Sequence record: NC_062582.1
Reading direction: 5' to 3' (one strand)
DNA: 64,000 nucleotides
Shown: positions 29,607 to 39,504 of the stretch, one piece after another
Numbering within the stretch: position 1 is the stretch's first letter
Layout of the letters: every line of letters starts with the position of its first letter
Program-made: the position numbers and the translations under genes
The notes under the pieces: model-generated
Databases searched by the model: none
What the model saw: only the letters and a program-made list of their open reading frames with translations
Told to the model about the DNA's origin: nothing

Positions 29607-29879
29607 ATGTCGCAATCCGACAAACGTCTTAAGAATACCATCCCTGCTGCTAGCTTGGATCTTGATAACAAGAATTATGAAGGTCGTATCTTCTGTATGG
29701 TTCGTAACAATGAACTGACTGTAGTTCGACTGGTTAAAGTTAAGCGTCGAGATGTATACCTTGAATATGTTAAAGGTGATCGTAAAGACGGTTTTACTCG
29801 GACTAAGCAAGAGTTCCGTAAGTTTTACCATCTGTGTCGTAACCGTACGACCGATGAAGAATTGGAAACCCTAGCGTAA
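29607..29879 (+). CDS. hypothetical basic protein
   Basis: 90 aa; GAGGA RBS. Confidence 0.7.
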   Translation: MSQSDKRLKNTIPAASLDLDNKNYEGRIFCMVRNNELTVVRLVKVKRRDVYLEYVKGDRKDGFTRTKQEFRKFYHLCRNRTTDEELETLA

Positions 29880-29899
29880 CCCTTCGGGGTTACGTTTAT
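29875..29899 (+). terminator. intrinsic terminator
   Basis: CGTAACCC-TTCG-GGGTTACG followed by TTTAT. Confidence 0.7.
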
Positions 29900-29914
29900 A
29901 CCGTCGAGGTTGAA

Positions 29915-30154
29915 ATGGCATACGAATTTAAGAAAGATGAAAGTCTTGAGAAAGAACATCGCGTTAAAGTATTTGCCATTAGCAAAGACTACGTAACTCT
30001 TGAATCATGTTTTCCTCTTGGTTGTAGTTGGTGTCAATGGCTTGAAGATAGTGGCTGGACCATTTACACGCCACCATTAGAAGCGGCAAATCCTTACAGA
30101 GATTGGAAGCGCTATTACATTACAAACATTAAAAGGAAACCTACAAATGCATAA
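29915..30154 (+). CDS. hypothetical protein (paralogue of next gene)
   Basis: 79 aa; SKDYVTLES..SWCQWLEDSGW. Confidence 0.7.
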   Translation: MAYEFKKDESLEKEHRVKVFAISKDYVTLESCFPLGCSWCQWLEDSGWTIYTPPLEAANPYRDWKRYYITNIKRKPTNA

Positions 30155-30377
30155 CTTTGTAAAGCATGAATACCTAGATGGCGATGGCGGTGTTATTGTA
30201 ACTGAGGTAACTAAAGATTTTATTACGGTAAATTCATTTCACTATTTATCCGCAAGTTGGTTACAGTGGTTGCTGGATAATGAATGGGAATTCCTTAATA
30301 CATGGTGTGGTACTTCAGGACCAAAGCTTGAGCCGCGTATGACCGTATACACTAACTTTCAAAGGAAAGTACAATGA
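30147..30377 (+). CDS. hypothetical protein (paralogue of previous gene)
   Basis: 76 aa; TKDFITVNS..SWLQWLLDNEW. Confidence 0.7.
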   Translation: MHNFVKHEYLDGDGGVIVTEVTKDFITVNSFHYLSASWLQWLLDNEWEFLNTWCGTSGPKLEPRMTVYTNFQRKVQ

Positions 30378-30793
30378 TCCTTAAAAAGAAGCAACAAGTT
30401 ATTGAACTCGAAGAGATCTTGGAAAAACTAACAGCCCGTATCGATTCTCTACCAGTTACCCCAGGTGACCCGGTAGCAATGCAATACATTAATAACGGTG
30501 TGTTGTTTCACTGTAAAGAAAACCATCGCTATGTACGCTGTGTAGTTAATCCTGATTATGATGGTATCAGTCTCGAACTCGGTTTGAATCAAGCTAAAGA
30601 TGATCTTAAAGTAGTTATGTCCATTTTGAATAACTCGCAAACATCTGAAGCAGCGGACCAGATATACATTTGGTTTAATGTAAATTCAGGTTACTTGTTC
30701 TCCGTTGCTAAAACCAGCTATGCCCCAGCACACAACATCAATCGTAACAGTGATGGCATCTACCGCACTGCATTTAAGGTGGATAAACAATGA
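30374..30793 (+). CDS. hypothetical protein
   Basis: 139 aa; ATGA overlap. Confidence 0.7.
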   Translation: MILKKKQQVIELEEILEKLTARIDSLPVTPGDPVAMQYINNGVLFHCKENHRYVRCVVNPDYDGISLELGLNQAKDDLKVVMSILNNSQTSEAADQIYIWFNVNSGYLFSVAKTSYAPAHNINRNSDGIYRTAFKVDKQ

Positions 30794-31026
30794 CTCAATA
30801 TTATCATCAAGCTTTGAGTACCAGTCAGCGCCTTGGTCGTGGTGAAGTAACAGTAATCACTGGTAGGTTTGCAACCGTTGAAGTAACTGAACCATTAAAT
30901 GCCGCCCACTTACAAGCAATGCATGAATGGGGTTATCGCCAAATGTTTCCACCTGTACTGGGTAAGGAAAATGGTTCTAACTCAAATGACGTACTCATTT
31001 ACAACTTTGAAAAAATTGGAGATTAA
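30790..31026 (+). CDS. hypothetical protein
   Basis: 78 aa; ATGA overlap. Confidence 0.65.
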   Translation: MTQYYHQALSTSQRLGRGEVTVITGRFATVEVTEPLNAAHLQAMHEWGYRQMFPPVLGKENGSNSNDVLIYNFEKIGD

Positions 31027-31028
31027 CT

Positions 31029-31373
31029 ATGAACATCTGCCTTCGTAAAGATACCTATACACAGATCGTTGATTTGATTTCCGCTCAAATGGGTTTGGTA
31101 ATTAATGAAGACGACCCTCATGACGTCTGGGTAAGTTATATCCAAGACGGTCTAGAAGTAAAGCGTTGGGGTAAAATTAAATGGGTTGACGTTCATCCAG
31201 TACAGGCCACCTGTGGCGAAACAATCGTTTGTACCTACGCAGGTTGGAACGGGTTTACACGTTATGAAGGGCACCGTTATTTCAAACGCACCGAACTTGT
31301 AGAGATGTGCGAACATATCTACGCTTTCATTCAGTCTGAAGAAGTTGGTTTACCGGAAGGAGCTACTCGATGA
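31029..31373 (+). CDS. hypothetical protein
   Basis: 114 aa; GGAG RBS. Confidence 0.7.
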   Translation: MNICLRKDTYTQIVDLISAQMGLVINEDDPHDVWVSYIQDGLEVKRWGKIKWVDVHPVQATCGETIVCTYAGWNGFTRYEGHRYFKRTELVEMCEHIYAFIQSEEVGLPEGATR

Positions 31374-32032
31374 AATACGCAATGATCTTTTTGATGTTCC
31401 TTGCTATGTCTGTTGGTGCTGTAGAACCACAACGCTGGGTTGGTGTACCACTGTTCTATTCTAAGTTTGTACCTAAGTCCACAGACTGCACTTTGATCGA
31501 AGGAGCACAACAAGGTTTCTGTGGTTTCTCTAATGAATCCGATGTCGGTGTGTTCGGCCTGACTACGATTGAAGAACAACCTTCTATTGAACGGATTGAA
31601 TCCCGTCTGTTCATGGAGGTTGTATGTACAGCAGGTAAGTGTACTTCTCCCTATGGTGAACCAGCTGGAGAGATTGCAGATACCCGTACGTCATACTGGA
31701 CTGTTCCTGTAGGTTGGTATCTAACAACAGTTGACGGTAAAGTAAAAGCATTCAAAGCGGGTAACGGTCCTAAGGCCAAAGAGTACCCAATTCGTAATGT
31801 AAAGATTTTACCACAATACGACAAACCTGATGGCTACTATATTCCAGAAGAACAAGAACGTTTGGTATTTCGGGTGTTCTGTAATGACGGTAATGAATGT
31901 AGCTACATGGGTAAAGTAATTAATTACGCCCAGTTGAATAAGTATGTACCTAAACGTTTGAGTCATATTTGTGATACGCGGTTTTGTTATGACGACAAGC
32001 AAAATGTAATCGGTTTGAATCCGCGAGGTTAA
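31370..32032 (+). CDS. secreted Cys-rich protein
   Basis: Signal peptide (MKYAMIFLMFLAMSVGA); 8 Cys in four close pairs. Confidence 0.7.
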   Translation: MKYAMIFLMFLAMSVGAVEPQRWVGVPLFYSKFVPKSTDCTLIEGAQQGFCGFSNESDVGVFGLTTIEEQPSIERIESRLFMEVVCTAGKCTSPYGEPAGEIADTRTSYWTVPVGWYLTTVDGKVKAFKAGNGPKAKEYPIRNVKILPQYDKPDGYYIPEEQERLVFRVFCNDGNECSYMGKVINYAQLNKYVPKRLSHICDTRFCYDDKQNVIGLNPRG

Positions 32033-32033
32033 T

Positions 32034-32414
32034 ATGTTCTATCGTCTAAAACGTTGGTGGTATCTACGGTCCATGCCTATCGATGAACTTAAGAGTCTCA
32101 ACGAAATTGTTGTAAAGAGCGGTCGTCGTGTTTCATATGACCTGGTACATGCTGTTCAAGTAATGAAGTCGTTGAATACGCTTCTGACTCATTATCTCCC
32201 AAAAGATACAAGCGGTTATGAACCGGACATCATTGAGTTTGAAGAACGTTCACACCACTGGTTATCCATCTTTAGTCTGGGCGATGGCGGTAAGAACTAC
32301 CGAACTAAACTCGGTTCTCATATCAGCGAACTCGAAAGAGAAGTAAAGCGTTTAGAAAAGATCTGTGAAGACCACAACATCAAACATCAAGACCCTAACA
32401 AAATCCCATTCTAG
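32034..32414 (+). CDS. hypothetical protein
   Basis: 126 aa; C-terminal coiled coil. Confidence 0.7.
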   Translation: MFYRLKRWWYLRSMPIDELKSLNEIVVKSGRRVSYDLVHAVQVMKSLNTLLTHYLPKDTSGYEPDIIEFEERSHHWLSIFSLGDGGKNYRTKLGSHISELEREVKRLEKICEDHNIKHQDPNKIPF

Positions 32415-32423
32415 AGAATACCC

Positions 32424-32774
32424 ATGGAAATCGTATTGTACGCAATTATGTTCTTCCTTCTGATGGCTGGTCATTACCTCGGTGACTATGCTTTACAAAA
32501 TGACTTCATAGCAAACGCTAAGAATCATAAAACAGAACTCGGTAAGTTGTTCTGGAAACACGTTCTACCTGCTCACGGTATGATCCATGCGTTACCAGTA
32601 TTCTTGATTACTCAATCTTTGGTACTGGCTCTGTTTGAATTTGTTGCGCACTGCGTAATCGACTACCTCAAGTGTGACGGTAAGTTGACCTTTAACCAGG
32701 ATCAGTGGTTACATTACGGTTGTAAAGTTCTCTACGTTGTATTGTTGGCTACGGGTGTTCCTTACCTGATCTAA
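32424..32774 (+). CDS. DUF3307-like membrane protein
   Basis: Hydrophobic; GHYLGDYALQ, HGMIH, HCVIDYLK, DQWLH motifs. Confidence 0.75.
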   Translation: MEIVLYAIMFFLLMAGHYLGDYALQNDFIANAKNHKTELGKLFWKHVLPAHGMIHALPVFLITQSLVLALFEFVAHCVIDYLKCDGKLTFNQDQWLHYGCKVLYVVLLATGVPYLI

Positions 32775-32780
32775 GCGTAA

Positions 32781-32828
32781 TAAAGCCCCTACCTTCGGGT
32801 AGGGGTTTATGCCGTTTTCTTTTTTTGT
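32781..32828 (+). terminator. terminator of the hairpin-TTTATGCCG family
   Basis: CCCCTACC-TTCG-GGTAGGGG-TTTATGCCG plus T-run. Confidence 0.85.
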
Positions 32829-32883
32829 TTGAATCCAGTGTAATGGTTTGTAGTTTATAAGAAAATACCCAATGGAGGTACGT

Positions 32884-33369
32884 ATGGTTATCACATACGC
32901 ATCTGTAGATAAAATTGATTCTCAAGTTAGAATCGGTCTACCAATTGGACATTATGGAAAGGGTGATGATCTGTCAGTCTTGCCTGATATGTTAGGTGAT
33001 TGGAATATAAGAACGATTACGGAAGATCGTAATCCTGGAACTGGGTATATCGTTGCAGTGCCCTCAAATATGAGAACACGTTTAATCTATAAAGAAGGTC
33101 GTATTAATTGGCTAATCGCTCTAGGGTTTAGTTATGCGCAAGCAGAACTTTATTACAGGGCTTCTAACAGAGTCAAAAAGAAATGGGACCTTCGGGTAGC
33201 CATGTTTGTTCTAAATAATTTTACGACTGACCCTTTCATTATAGATGGAATTCTGACGCACGAGAATCCAAAGTTTGCTTGCGTTGAGAATAGAATACAC
33301 GTTAAACTATCTCAACAAAAGATTGTTTCCGGATGCCAAATCCTAGTTAACATGCGCGGTTTAAAATAG
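32884..33369 (+). CDS. hypothetical protein
   Basis: GGAGGT RBS before ATG 32884. Confidence 0.65.
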   Translation: MVITYASVDKIDSQVRIGLPIGHYGKGDDLSVLPDMLGDWNIRTITEDRNPGTGYIVAVPSNMRTRLIYKEGRINWLIALGFSYAQAELYYRASNRVKKKWDLRVAMFVLNNFTTDPFIIDGILTHENPKFACVENRIHVKLSQQKIVSGCQILVNMRGLK

Positions 33370-33393
33370 GGGGCCTTCGGGTCCCCACTTTAT
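33369..33393 (+). terminator. intrinsic terminator-like hairpin
   Basis: GGGGGCC-TTCG-GGTCCCC followed by ACTTTATT. Confidence 0.6.
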
Positions 33394-33434
33394 TACGTTA
33401 TATCTTATGAATTATTATCTTTAGGAATATACCA

Positions 33435-33863
33435 ATGGCTAACTTTTTTGTGGACGCTGAGTTTGATGTCCCGACCGATACCCTTATCTCTCTGGCTATT
33501 GTCAGTGAGGATGGACAAAGGACCTTCTATGAAGTTTTAGATTATAGTAACATTCAGGATGACTGGGTTAAGGCCAACGTAATTCCTATATTAGAGAAAG
33601 CTCCAATCAGTTGGGAGGAATTCCAAGACAAGCTAGAGAAGTTTGTAATGCAGTTTCCGGGGATGAATATTATTGTTAACCATCCCAATGACGTACTGTA
33701 CTTCTGTAAAGCACTGATGGGTGATAAAGGTAAATGGATTAAAGTCCAACCTCTCACTTTCGATATCGATGACAAATTAAGTGGTAAGGGTTCAACCTTA
33801 TTGCACAACGCATTACATGACGCCATTGCAACCAAGAAAGATTGGTTTAAGCATTATGGCTAA
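33435..33863 (+). CDS. DEDDh 3'-5' exo(ribo)nuclease (Rv2179c-like)
   Basis: FVDAEF (ExoI), LISLAIV, HNALHDA (ExoIII). Confidence 0.8.
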   Translation: MANFFVDAEFDVPTDTLISLAIVSEDGQRTFYEVLDYSNIQDDWVKANVIPILEKAPISWEEFQDKLEKFVMQFPGMNIIVNHPNDVLYFCKALMGDKGKWIKVQPLTFDIDDKLSGKGSTLLHNALHDAIATKKDWFKHYG

Positions 33864-33887
33864 ACTATCTTTTATTGAGTAAACGAA

Positions 33888-34541
33888 ATGTCAGTATACC
33901 AACAACTTACATCTGATCCAGATCGTAAATGTAGATCAGAAGTATTATTACGCCTTCTGTTATCTACCAGTTATCCACAAGCTGCTTTAACTGACCTTAC
34001 CTTCTTATTAGCCAAACATGGAGAGATCGTAGATGAGAACATTCTAGAGAATCTTGCAGAGACCATGCAGGAAGTAGAACGCTCATTTACCATGTTTGAC
34101 TTTGTATGCAGTATCGAACTAAAACGCTCGGGTAAAGATATTACAATCATTATCAAGTGTTTAGACATTGATCCAACTGCGCGCAGTATTACTTACACTG
34201 CCGAAAATATTGAAGTAATGGCAACAGCTTCTTTGATCCTGGATTCCGAAGGTAAAGTTCTGTTAGACCATGAGGCCATCGCTAGGAAGCTCCTGGATAT
34301 CTTCTATAAGTCTCAAGTTAGTTTCCGCAATCGTAGTCAGTCTATACAGAAAACACGCTGGAAACATCGTACCAAGGCTTCACAACAGAATCCTTCTATT
34401 GATACCAATATCGATTATGAAGCAGCTTTGCAATGTCTTGTTAAATCTCTGAAGAAGAAGAACTTTAACATCGTATTGACCCAAGCTAATATTCTCCTGC
34501 AAGATCAACGTGCACGCTTATTTAGTGCATCACGTCGTTGA
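33888..34541 (+). CDS. hypothetical protein
   Basis: 217 aa ending at the convergent terminator. Confidence 0.7.
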   Translation: MSVYQQLTSDPDRKCRSEVLLRLLLSTSYPQAALTDLTFLLAKHGEIVDENILENLAETMQEVERSFTMFDFVCSIELKRSGKDITIIIKCLDIDPTARSITYTAENIEVMATASLILDSEGKVLLDHEAIARKLLDIFYKSQVSFRNRSQSIQKTRWKHRTKASQQNPSIDTNIDYEAALQCLVKSLKKKNFNIVLTQANILLQDQRARLFSASRR

Positions 34542-34544
34542 CAA

Positions 34545-34580
34545 CATAAGCGCCTCTCCCGAAGGAGAGGCTTTATGCCG
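34545..34580. terminator. bidirectional terminator, hairpin-TTTATGCCG family
   Basis: CATAAG..GCCTCTCC-CGAA-GGAGAGGC-TTTATGCCG between convergent genes. Confidence 0.8.
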
Positions 34581-36482
34581 TTAGGCTACTTTAGTGGTAT
34601 TAGCACTATTGATTACCCACTTTTGTTTTGACACTGGGTCAACTACATTTCGACCTAAACCAAACAATACGTTTGCTTTCTGTGTATGCAATCTCCAATC
34701 CAGGCAGAGTTCACAGAAGTAATAGACCTCGTTTGTAGATGCAATGATAGCAGCTGCTCCTGTAGGAGATGCAGGCTTAGTTGTTGCCCAAGTCTCTGGG
34801 TCAGGAGATACATGCAAATTGCATTGTGCTAATGGAAGGTTTTCAATTAACGGTGCACGTGCTCGACGCATTTGTTCAAACCAATTAAAGTTTGTATTCA
34901 ATGCTTGTGCACTAGGTGACATGTAACCAAAATTACCTGTTCTTACGATGTCATCAAAAGCAACTTTACTGGTAACATCTTTGTACATCGCATTGTCTTT
35001 TAATTCACCTAAGAACGTACCGACAGAACCAGACTTCTGAAACAGTACATCGCGTCCTTGTAGAACAACCTTAGTCTTCATATAGAATTCAAAAGGCTGT
35101 GTGATATTAAAACCAACCTCGTCATCAACCGCTACAGGTATAGAGCTACCAGAGAAGGGATAGTAAGTCACATTGTTTTTACTAGCTACAAAATAACCTT
35201 GAATTACATTGTTACGTAGGATTTCACCACGCAACGTTTCATCTGGTGTTACAGTATTCTTAAAGGTGTAATCAAACACAGATTTATAAGTAATATCGAT
35301 AGTACCGATATCTTGTCTAATACTGTTCTGCAAAACGTAACTCGAAGGATCAATAATGATAAACCGCATTGGCTTAGTTATGATATCTCCTGATTCCAGC
35401 TGGACTAGAGCGTTAACGTAATAAGTACCAGCAGTCGTCATAGGTACAACTAGGTCTTGGTCAACTGGTACGAGTTCATTGGTAAATAGTTCTGGATAGG
35501 TAATCGATTCAGAACCACCTGCCATGATGTACTCGCTGTCGGCTAGGTTATCCAACAGAGGATGGTTAGCAGGGGGACCAGGTAAACCTAAGTCTCTGCG
35601 GATATCACCTACAAGCACTGGTTGGCGATTAACATTACCAGAAAAGTAACATCCATAAGGAGCAGCTACTTTGTTAGCACCTACTAGGAAACCACTACCA
35701 CGAGCAGCAGCATCGGCGACACTTGTATAGTTACCATTCCGACTATCGTCTGTAATGATAATTAAACCATTACCTGTCAATCGAAGTGTAGCTAGATTAT
35801 TAACCAGTTCATCTGAAATGCGTGTAGATGGGACCGGTTCAACATGGGTACTGATATATACAACGAGTGCGTATGTATCTAGTTCTTCGTAACTTATATT
35901 GAGCTTACCTACAACACCAGTCATGTCTTTAACGGTTAGATCCCAACCGCCCGCCAGAGCAATTGCACTGAAGGCATCTCGGAAACCGTAAGTTTCGTTA
36001 AATGTAAGTTGGCCGGGTTTAGGGTTGTAATGTGATCCATCGACATTGTAATCTTCTGTTGGGTATGTATCCCCTAGCAGAAGTACTTTCTTATTACCGT
36101 TAGCCACTTTACGTTTATTAGCACAAAAGTTAAAAGCATTGTACATATATTTACTAGCAGGCGTTAAGCCTGCGAATGTACTAGGTAAAGTGGCTGGCCA
36201 GCTTCCAGTCGCTACACTAAGTTCGTAGTTATAAAACTTAGGAAAACCACCGTCATAAACTACGTTACCACGACCATCTTGAGTAACCGAAATAAATGGT
36301 CTATCAACAATAGCCGAACCAGGTGGGATAGTACCTTTGTCATACGCCAATACTTCTGATAGTACTGGCGCTTTATCTGTACGTGTAACAATAGCTTTAC
36401 GGGAACCAGGTGGAAACTTAACTGTCAATGTTTGCCCAGTCGGATATTGACCGGGCACTAGGGATGAAATGATCTCAGCCAT
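34581..36482 (-). CDS. putative virion structural (tail fibre/baseplate-associated) protein
   Basis: 633 aa; P/G/T-rich; GRGNVVYDGGFPKFYN motif seen in phage tail-associated proteins; co-oriented with the virion helicase. Confidence 0.5.
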   Translation of the reverse strand: MAEIISSLVPGQYPTGQTLTVKFPPGSRKAIVTRTDKAPVLSEVLAYDKGTIPPGSAIVDRPFISVTQDGRGNVVYDGGFPKFYNYELSVATGSWPATLPSTFAGLTPASKYMYNAFNFCANKRKVANGNKKVLLLGDTYPTEDYNVDGSHYNPKPGQLTFNETYGFRDAFSAIALAGGWDLTVKDMTGVVGKLNISYEELDTYALVVYISTHVEPVPSTRISDELVNNLATLRLTGNGLIIITDDSRNGNYTSVADAAARGSGFLVGANKVAAPYGCYFSGNVNRQPVLVGDIRRDLGLPGPPANHPLLDNLADSEYIMAGGSESITYPELFTNELVPVDQDLVVPMTTAGTYYVNALVQLESGDIITKPMRFIIIDPSSYVLQNSIRQDIGTIDITYKSVFDYTFKNTVTPDETLRGEILRNNVIQGYFVASKNNVTYYPFSGSSIPVAVDDEVGFNITQPFEFYMKTKVVLQGRDVLFQKSGSVGTFLGELKDNAMYKDVTSKVAFDDIVRTGNFGYMSPSAQALNTNFNWFEQMRRARAPLIENLPLAQCNLHVSPDPETWATTKPASPTGAAAIIASTNEVYYFCELCLDWRLHTQKANVLFGLGRNVVDPVSKQKWVINSANTTKVA

Positions 36483-36491
36483 GATTCATCC

Positions 36492-36854
36492 TCACTTCTT
36501 AACTGGTTTTGTAATCCGTGCGTAATAAGTAACTACCGCATTAAAGTTGTTGAGGATAGTAACTTTACCATCGGCAGCAATTTGATAGGTTAGCACAGCT
36601 TGCGCATCTACTACAGGTGGATTAGTTGTAACAGCTGGATCTTTCATACGCAGTTCAATGCCTAACGAATAGACATAATAGTCAGCTGGTACGAAGTCAA
36701 GGATAGTTGGTGCATCAATTACAGTCGAACCATTAGCATCAACAGTCCCTTCAATAAAGTCAAATGCACTGGCACCGCCAAGACTGATAGCCACTCTGAT
36801 CTTCTCAAAGTATGCGTCCATCTCTGATACCATTTTATCTCTTTCAGTATTCAT
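36492..36854 (-). CDS. putative small virion protein
   Basis: 120 aa; beta-rich; GAGG RBS; same operon as the previous gene. Confidence 0.55.
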   Translation of the reverse strand: MNTERDKMVSEMDAYFEKIRVAISLGGASAFDFIEGTVDANGSTVIDAPTILDFVPADYYVYSLGIELRMKDPAVTTNPPVVDAQAVLTYQIAADGKVTILNNFNAVVTYYARITKPVKK

Positions 36855-36885
36855 GAATTACCTCGGGGTTAAATTATTCATAAGG

Positions 36886-39009
36886 TTAGCGAAGCCAAGC
36901 AGGTGTGGCGGTTTTCGGTAACTCAAATTGTTCCTTCTCAATACTGATATCAGCAAGACCGTACATAGCGGTAAGGGAATTGTAAAGCCATTTGTTTTCG
37001 TCGTAGTTCAATGCAGCTGGATCAATAGACTCCATTGCGTCGCCCATTTCATAAGGTGCCTTAATGCCCATGATGGCTTCTACCTGAGCTTGGGACCATG
37101 CCAGGATATCTGCTGAACGTGTAGAGATGTTTGGAACATCACCAGTATCCAGAGTACATTGATAAACATACGTCTGTGAATCTTGGCCCATACGGAAGAT
37201 ACGGGAGATTGCCTGTTCTAGAATGTACCCACGGAAAGGGGAGTTAATCAGAACCATCGTATCGGCCATGGTGAGACGCACAGCGGTCGATAGAGAAGCA
37301 TAGGTAGCAATGAGTGGATTAAGTTTATCATCCTCGTCAAAACGCTTCACAGTACCTGCAAGTTCATTACTGTTCTTACCGTAAACTGTTAAAGGTCTTA
37401 ACCTAAGTTTGGTACATACTTTCTCTGCCTCTTCTACACATTCTACAAACGTAGTGAATGCAATAGTTTTCTTCTCGGTATCTTCTGTGATACCTACCCA
37501 GTCAATATAGGGAACCATAGCAACGTGAGCTTCAATACGCATACCACCAACAACACGACCCAATACCTCGCCTTGGATTTTAAGTCTTACGTATTTGATA
37601 ACAGACTTAACGTCTCGGAAACGTTCGATCATTTGTCGAGGGAGCAGTTTCTCAAAGGTATTCTTTTCGTAAGCGTTAGCCGCCTTCATCTCATTACCAA
37701 GATACCTAGGGTCAGGAGTCTTAGCGATCATGTGTACCAGATGGAGATACTCATCAAATTGAAGTTTCTCTTCTTTGGTTCGAATAGCAGCGCGCGCTGT
37801 CATTACACATTGGTCCCAGAACTTCTGGTCTGATGGTAGACGTTCACGATAATACTTTTCACGTTCTTTAATGAAGGCGATCATTACCTTCTTAATTTCA
37901 GGTAATGTAAAACGTTCGCCATTAGGAATCTTTATTGGGTAAGGACGCATGATAGGTGGTTGTAGATCAAGTTCTTTCTTCTCGATCAAGAATGACACCA
38001 AACCCATACGTTGTTTGATAATGTCTAAACCTTTAGAGGCTTCACGTCCAAACATCTTTCTGAAGCGGGCCTCAACGTCCAAGGTGAACAATGGATCTAC
38101 AGTTCGTAACAGTGTGATGATTTCAGCACCAAGTGCCTTCACGGGCGTACCAGAGGCTTGTATGTTGTTACGTGATCCAAGGGTGTTACAAATACCCAAA
38201 TACATTGTAGAACGTGCAGAGTTAGGGTCGTTAAAGTTATGCGACTCATCCAAAATGGTAACAACTTCTTTCCCCTGCCAGTTCTTCACATTACGAATCA
38301 TGTCCGCAACTTTATCCATTTGGTCATAATGACAAATTACCCAACGTTGTCCTTCATAAGGACCGCCATCCAGAGAGTTCCAGATTGTCTGCGGTTCTTT
38401 AAACATCTCATTGATAGAATCTACCCAGACTGTGTCGACTGCAATCTTAGGACAGAACACAAAGATCAAGTCAGCTCCGACCATTTCAGCAATAGCCGAA
38501 GTCATGTATGTTTTACCAGTACCCGGAGCAGCTGCAATCAAGTCACCATTCAAACCGTACTGATCTAGACGGTAGGTATAGTTCTCGAAGTATTCCATCT
38601 GGTAAGGCTTAGGACTGAAGGTTAGATTCTTCAGCTTGCTAAAATCTAAGCGTCCTTTAACTGTAGCTGGATCGACAGGTAATGTATTCTTGAGCCAAGT
38701 ATTTTGCATCATGGCTTCACGGATACTATTGATCGCTTTAATAGATGTATAGCGATTTCGATAATACTTAATGTTCTCCAGCATGTACATGACGTCTGGA
38801 GCAAAGAATTTATCAAATGAAAATGATCCACCTGAAACTGTATCGAAAAGGTTTTGCGTAATCTTAGTGGTTTTCCAAAACTTGTTCATGTCTCTGACAA
38901 TGTCATGTGCACGAATACCAGAGACTACAATCTTCTTTGGTGTTTGTTTTACATCTACATCGCCGAAGACGCTACGGAGGGAATCAAACATCTCCATTGA
39001 GTGGACCAT
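36886..39009 (-). CDS. superfamily 2 (SNF2/DEAD-like) helicase, phiKZ gp203-like
   Basis: APGTGKT (motif I), LDESH (II), ASGTP (III), QAISRIFRMGQ (VI); N-terminal SME protease-type site. Confidence 0.85.
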   Translation of the reverse strand: MVHSMEMFDSLRSVFGDVDVKQTPKKIVVSGIRAHDIVRDMNKFWKTTKITQNLFDTVSGGSFSFDKFFAPDVMYMLENIKYYRNRYTSIKAINSIREAMMQNTWLKNTLPVDPATVKGRLDFSKLKNLTFSPKPYQMEYFENYTYRLDQYGLNGDLIAAAPGTGKTYMTSAIAEMVGADLIFVFCPKIAVDTVWVDSINEMFKEPQTIWNSLDGGPYEGQRWVICHYDQMDKVADMIRNVKNWQGKEVVTILDESHNFNDPNSARSTMYLGICNTLGSRNNIQASGTPVKALGAEIITLLRTVDPLFTLDVEARFRKMFGREASKGLDIIKQRMGLVSFLIEKKELDLQPPIMRPYPIKIPNGERFTLPEIKKVMIAFIKEREKYYRERLPSDQKFWDQCVMTARAAIRTKEEKLQFDEYLHLVHMIAKTPDPRYLGNEMKAANAYEKNTFEKLLPRQMIERFRDVKSVIKYVRLKIQGEVLGRVVGGMRIEAHVAMVPYIDWVGITEDTEKKTIAFTTFVECVEEAEKVCTKLRLRPLTVYGKNSNELAGTVKRFDEDDKLNPLIATYASLSTAVRLTMADTMVLINSPFRGYILEQAISRIFRMGQDSQTYVYQCTLDTGDVPNISTRSADILAWSQAQVEAIMGIKAPYEMGDAMESIDPAALNYDENKWLYNSLTAMYGLADISIEKEQFELPKTATPAWLR

Positions 39010-39053
39010 TGAATTATTCCTTAAGGAGGAGTTAGTAAAGATACATAAAATGA

Positions 39054-39494
39054 GTGGTTAAGTCCTTAGTACCATTAGAAGCATTTATAAGCCTATATTA
39101 CATACGTGAACCATCGACGTTAGTGGAGGGTTTTATGGACAGCGATAATGTATTAATGACGATACGCAGAACCAACGTAAGTTGGATTCTAAAATACCTG
39201 TTGGCTATTACTTCAGGTGCCAGTCACGTTACCATAGAGGAGAAGCCAGAATGCACTAAGTACTATTGTTTAGCTACTGATCGTACAGTTATACTACATA
39301 CCGAAAAGGATCATCACCTAATACACTTCATGAAAGGTACGCAAGATTTCCATACGGAATACTTTTCACTGAGTGTAGATTTCAATTGTGTCGTGACAGT
39401 TCCAGCGGAATTGATAATTAAATATCTTTGCGCTGGTATTGATAAACGCCGTACAATTGAATGGTTGAAGATCTTAAAGGAACTCAAAGAATAG
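39054..39494 (+). CDS. hypothetical protein
   Basis: 146 aa; GTG start; AT-rich. Confidence 0.55.
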   Translation: MVKSLVPLEAFISLYYIREPSTLVEGFMDSDNVLMTIRRTNVSWILKYLLAITSGASHVTIEEKPECTKYYCLATDRTVILHTEKDHHLIHFMKGTQDFHTEYFSLSVDFNCVVTVPAELIIKYLCAGIDKRRTIEWLKILKELKE

Positions 39495-39504
39495 AGGTAA
39501 CATT

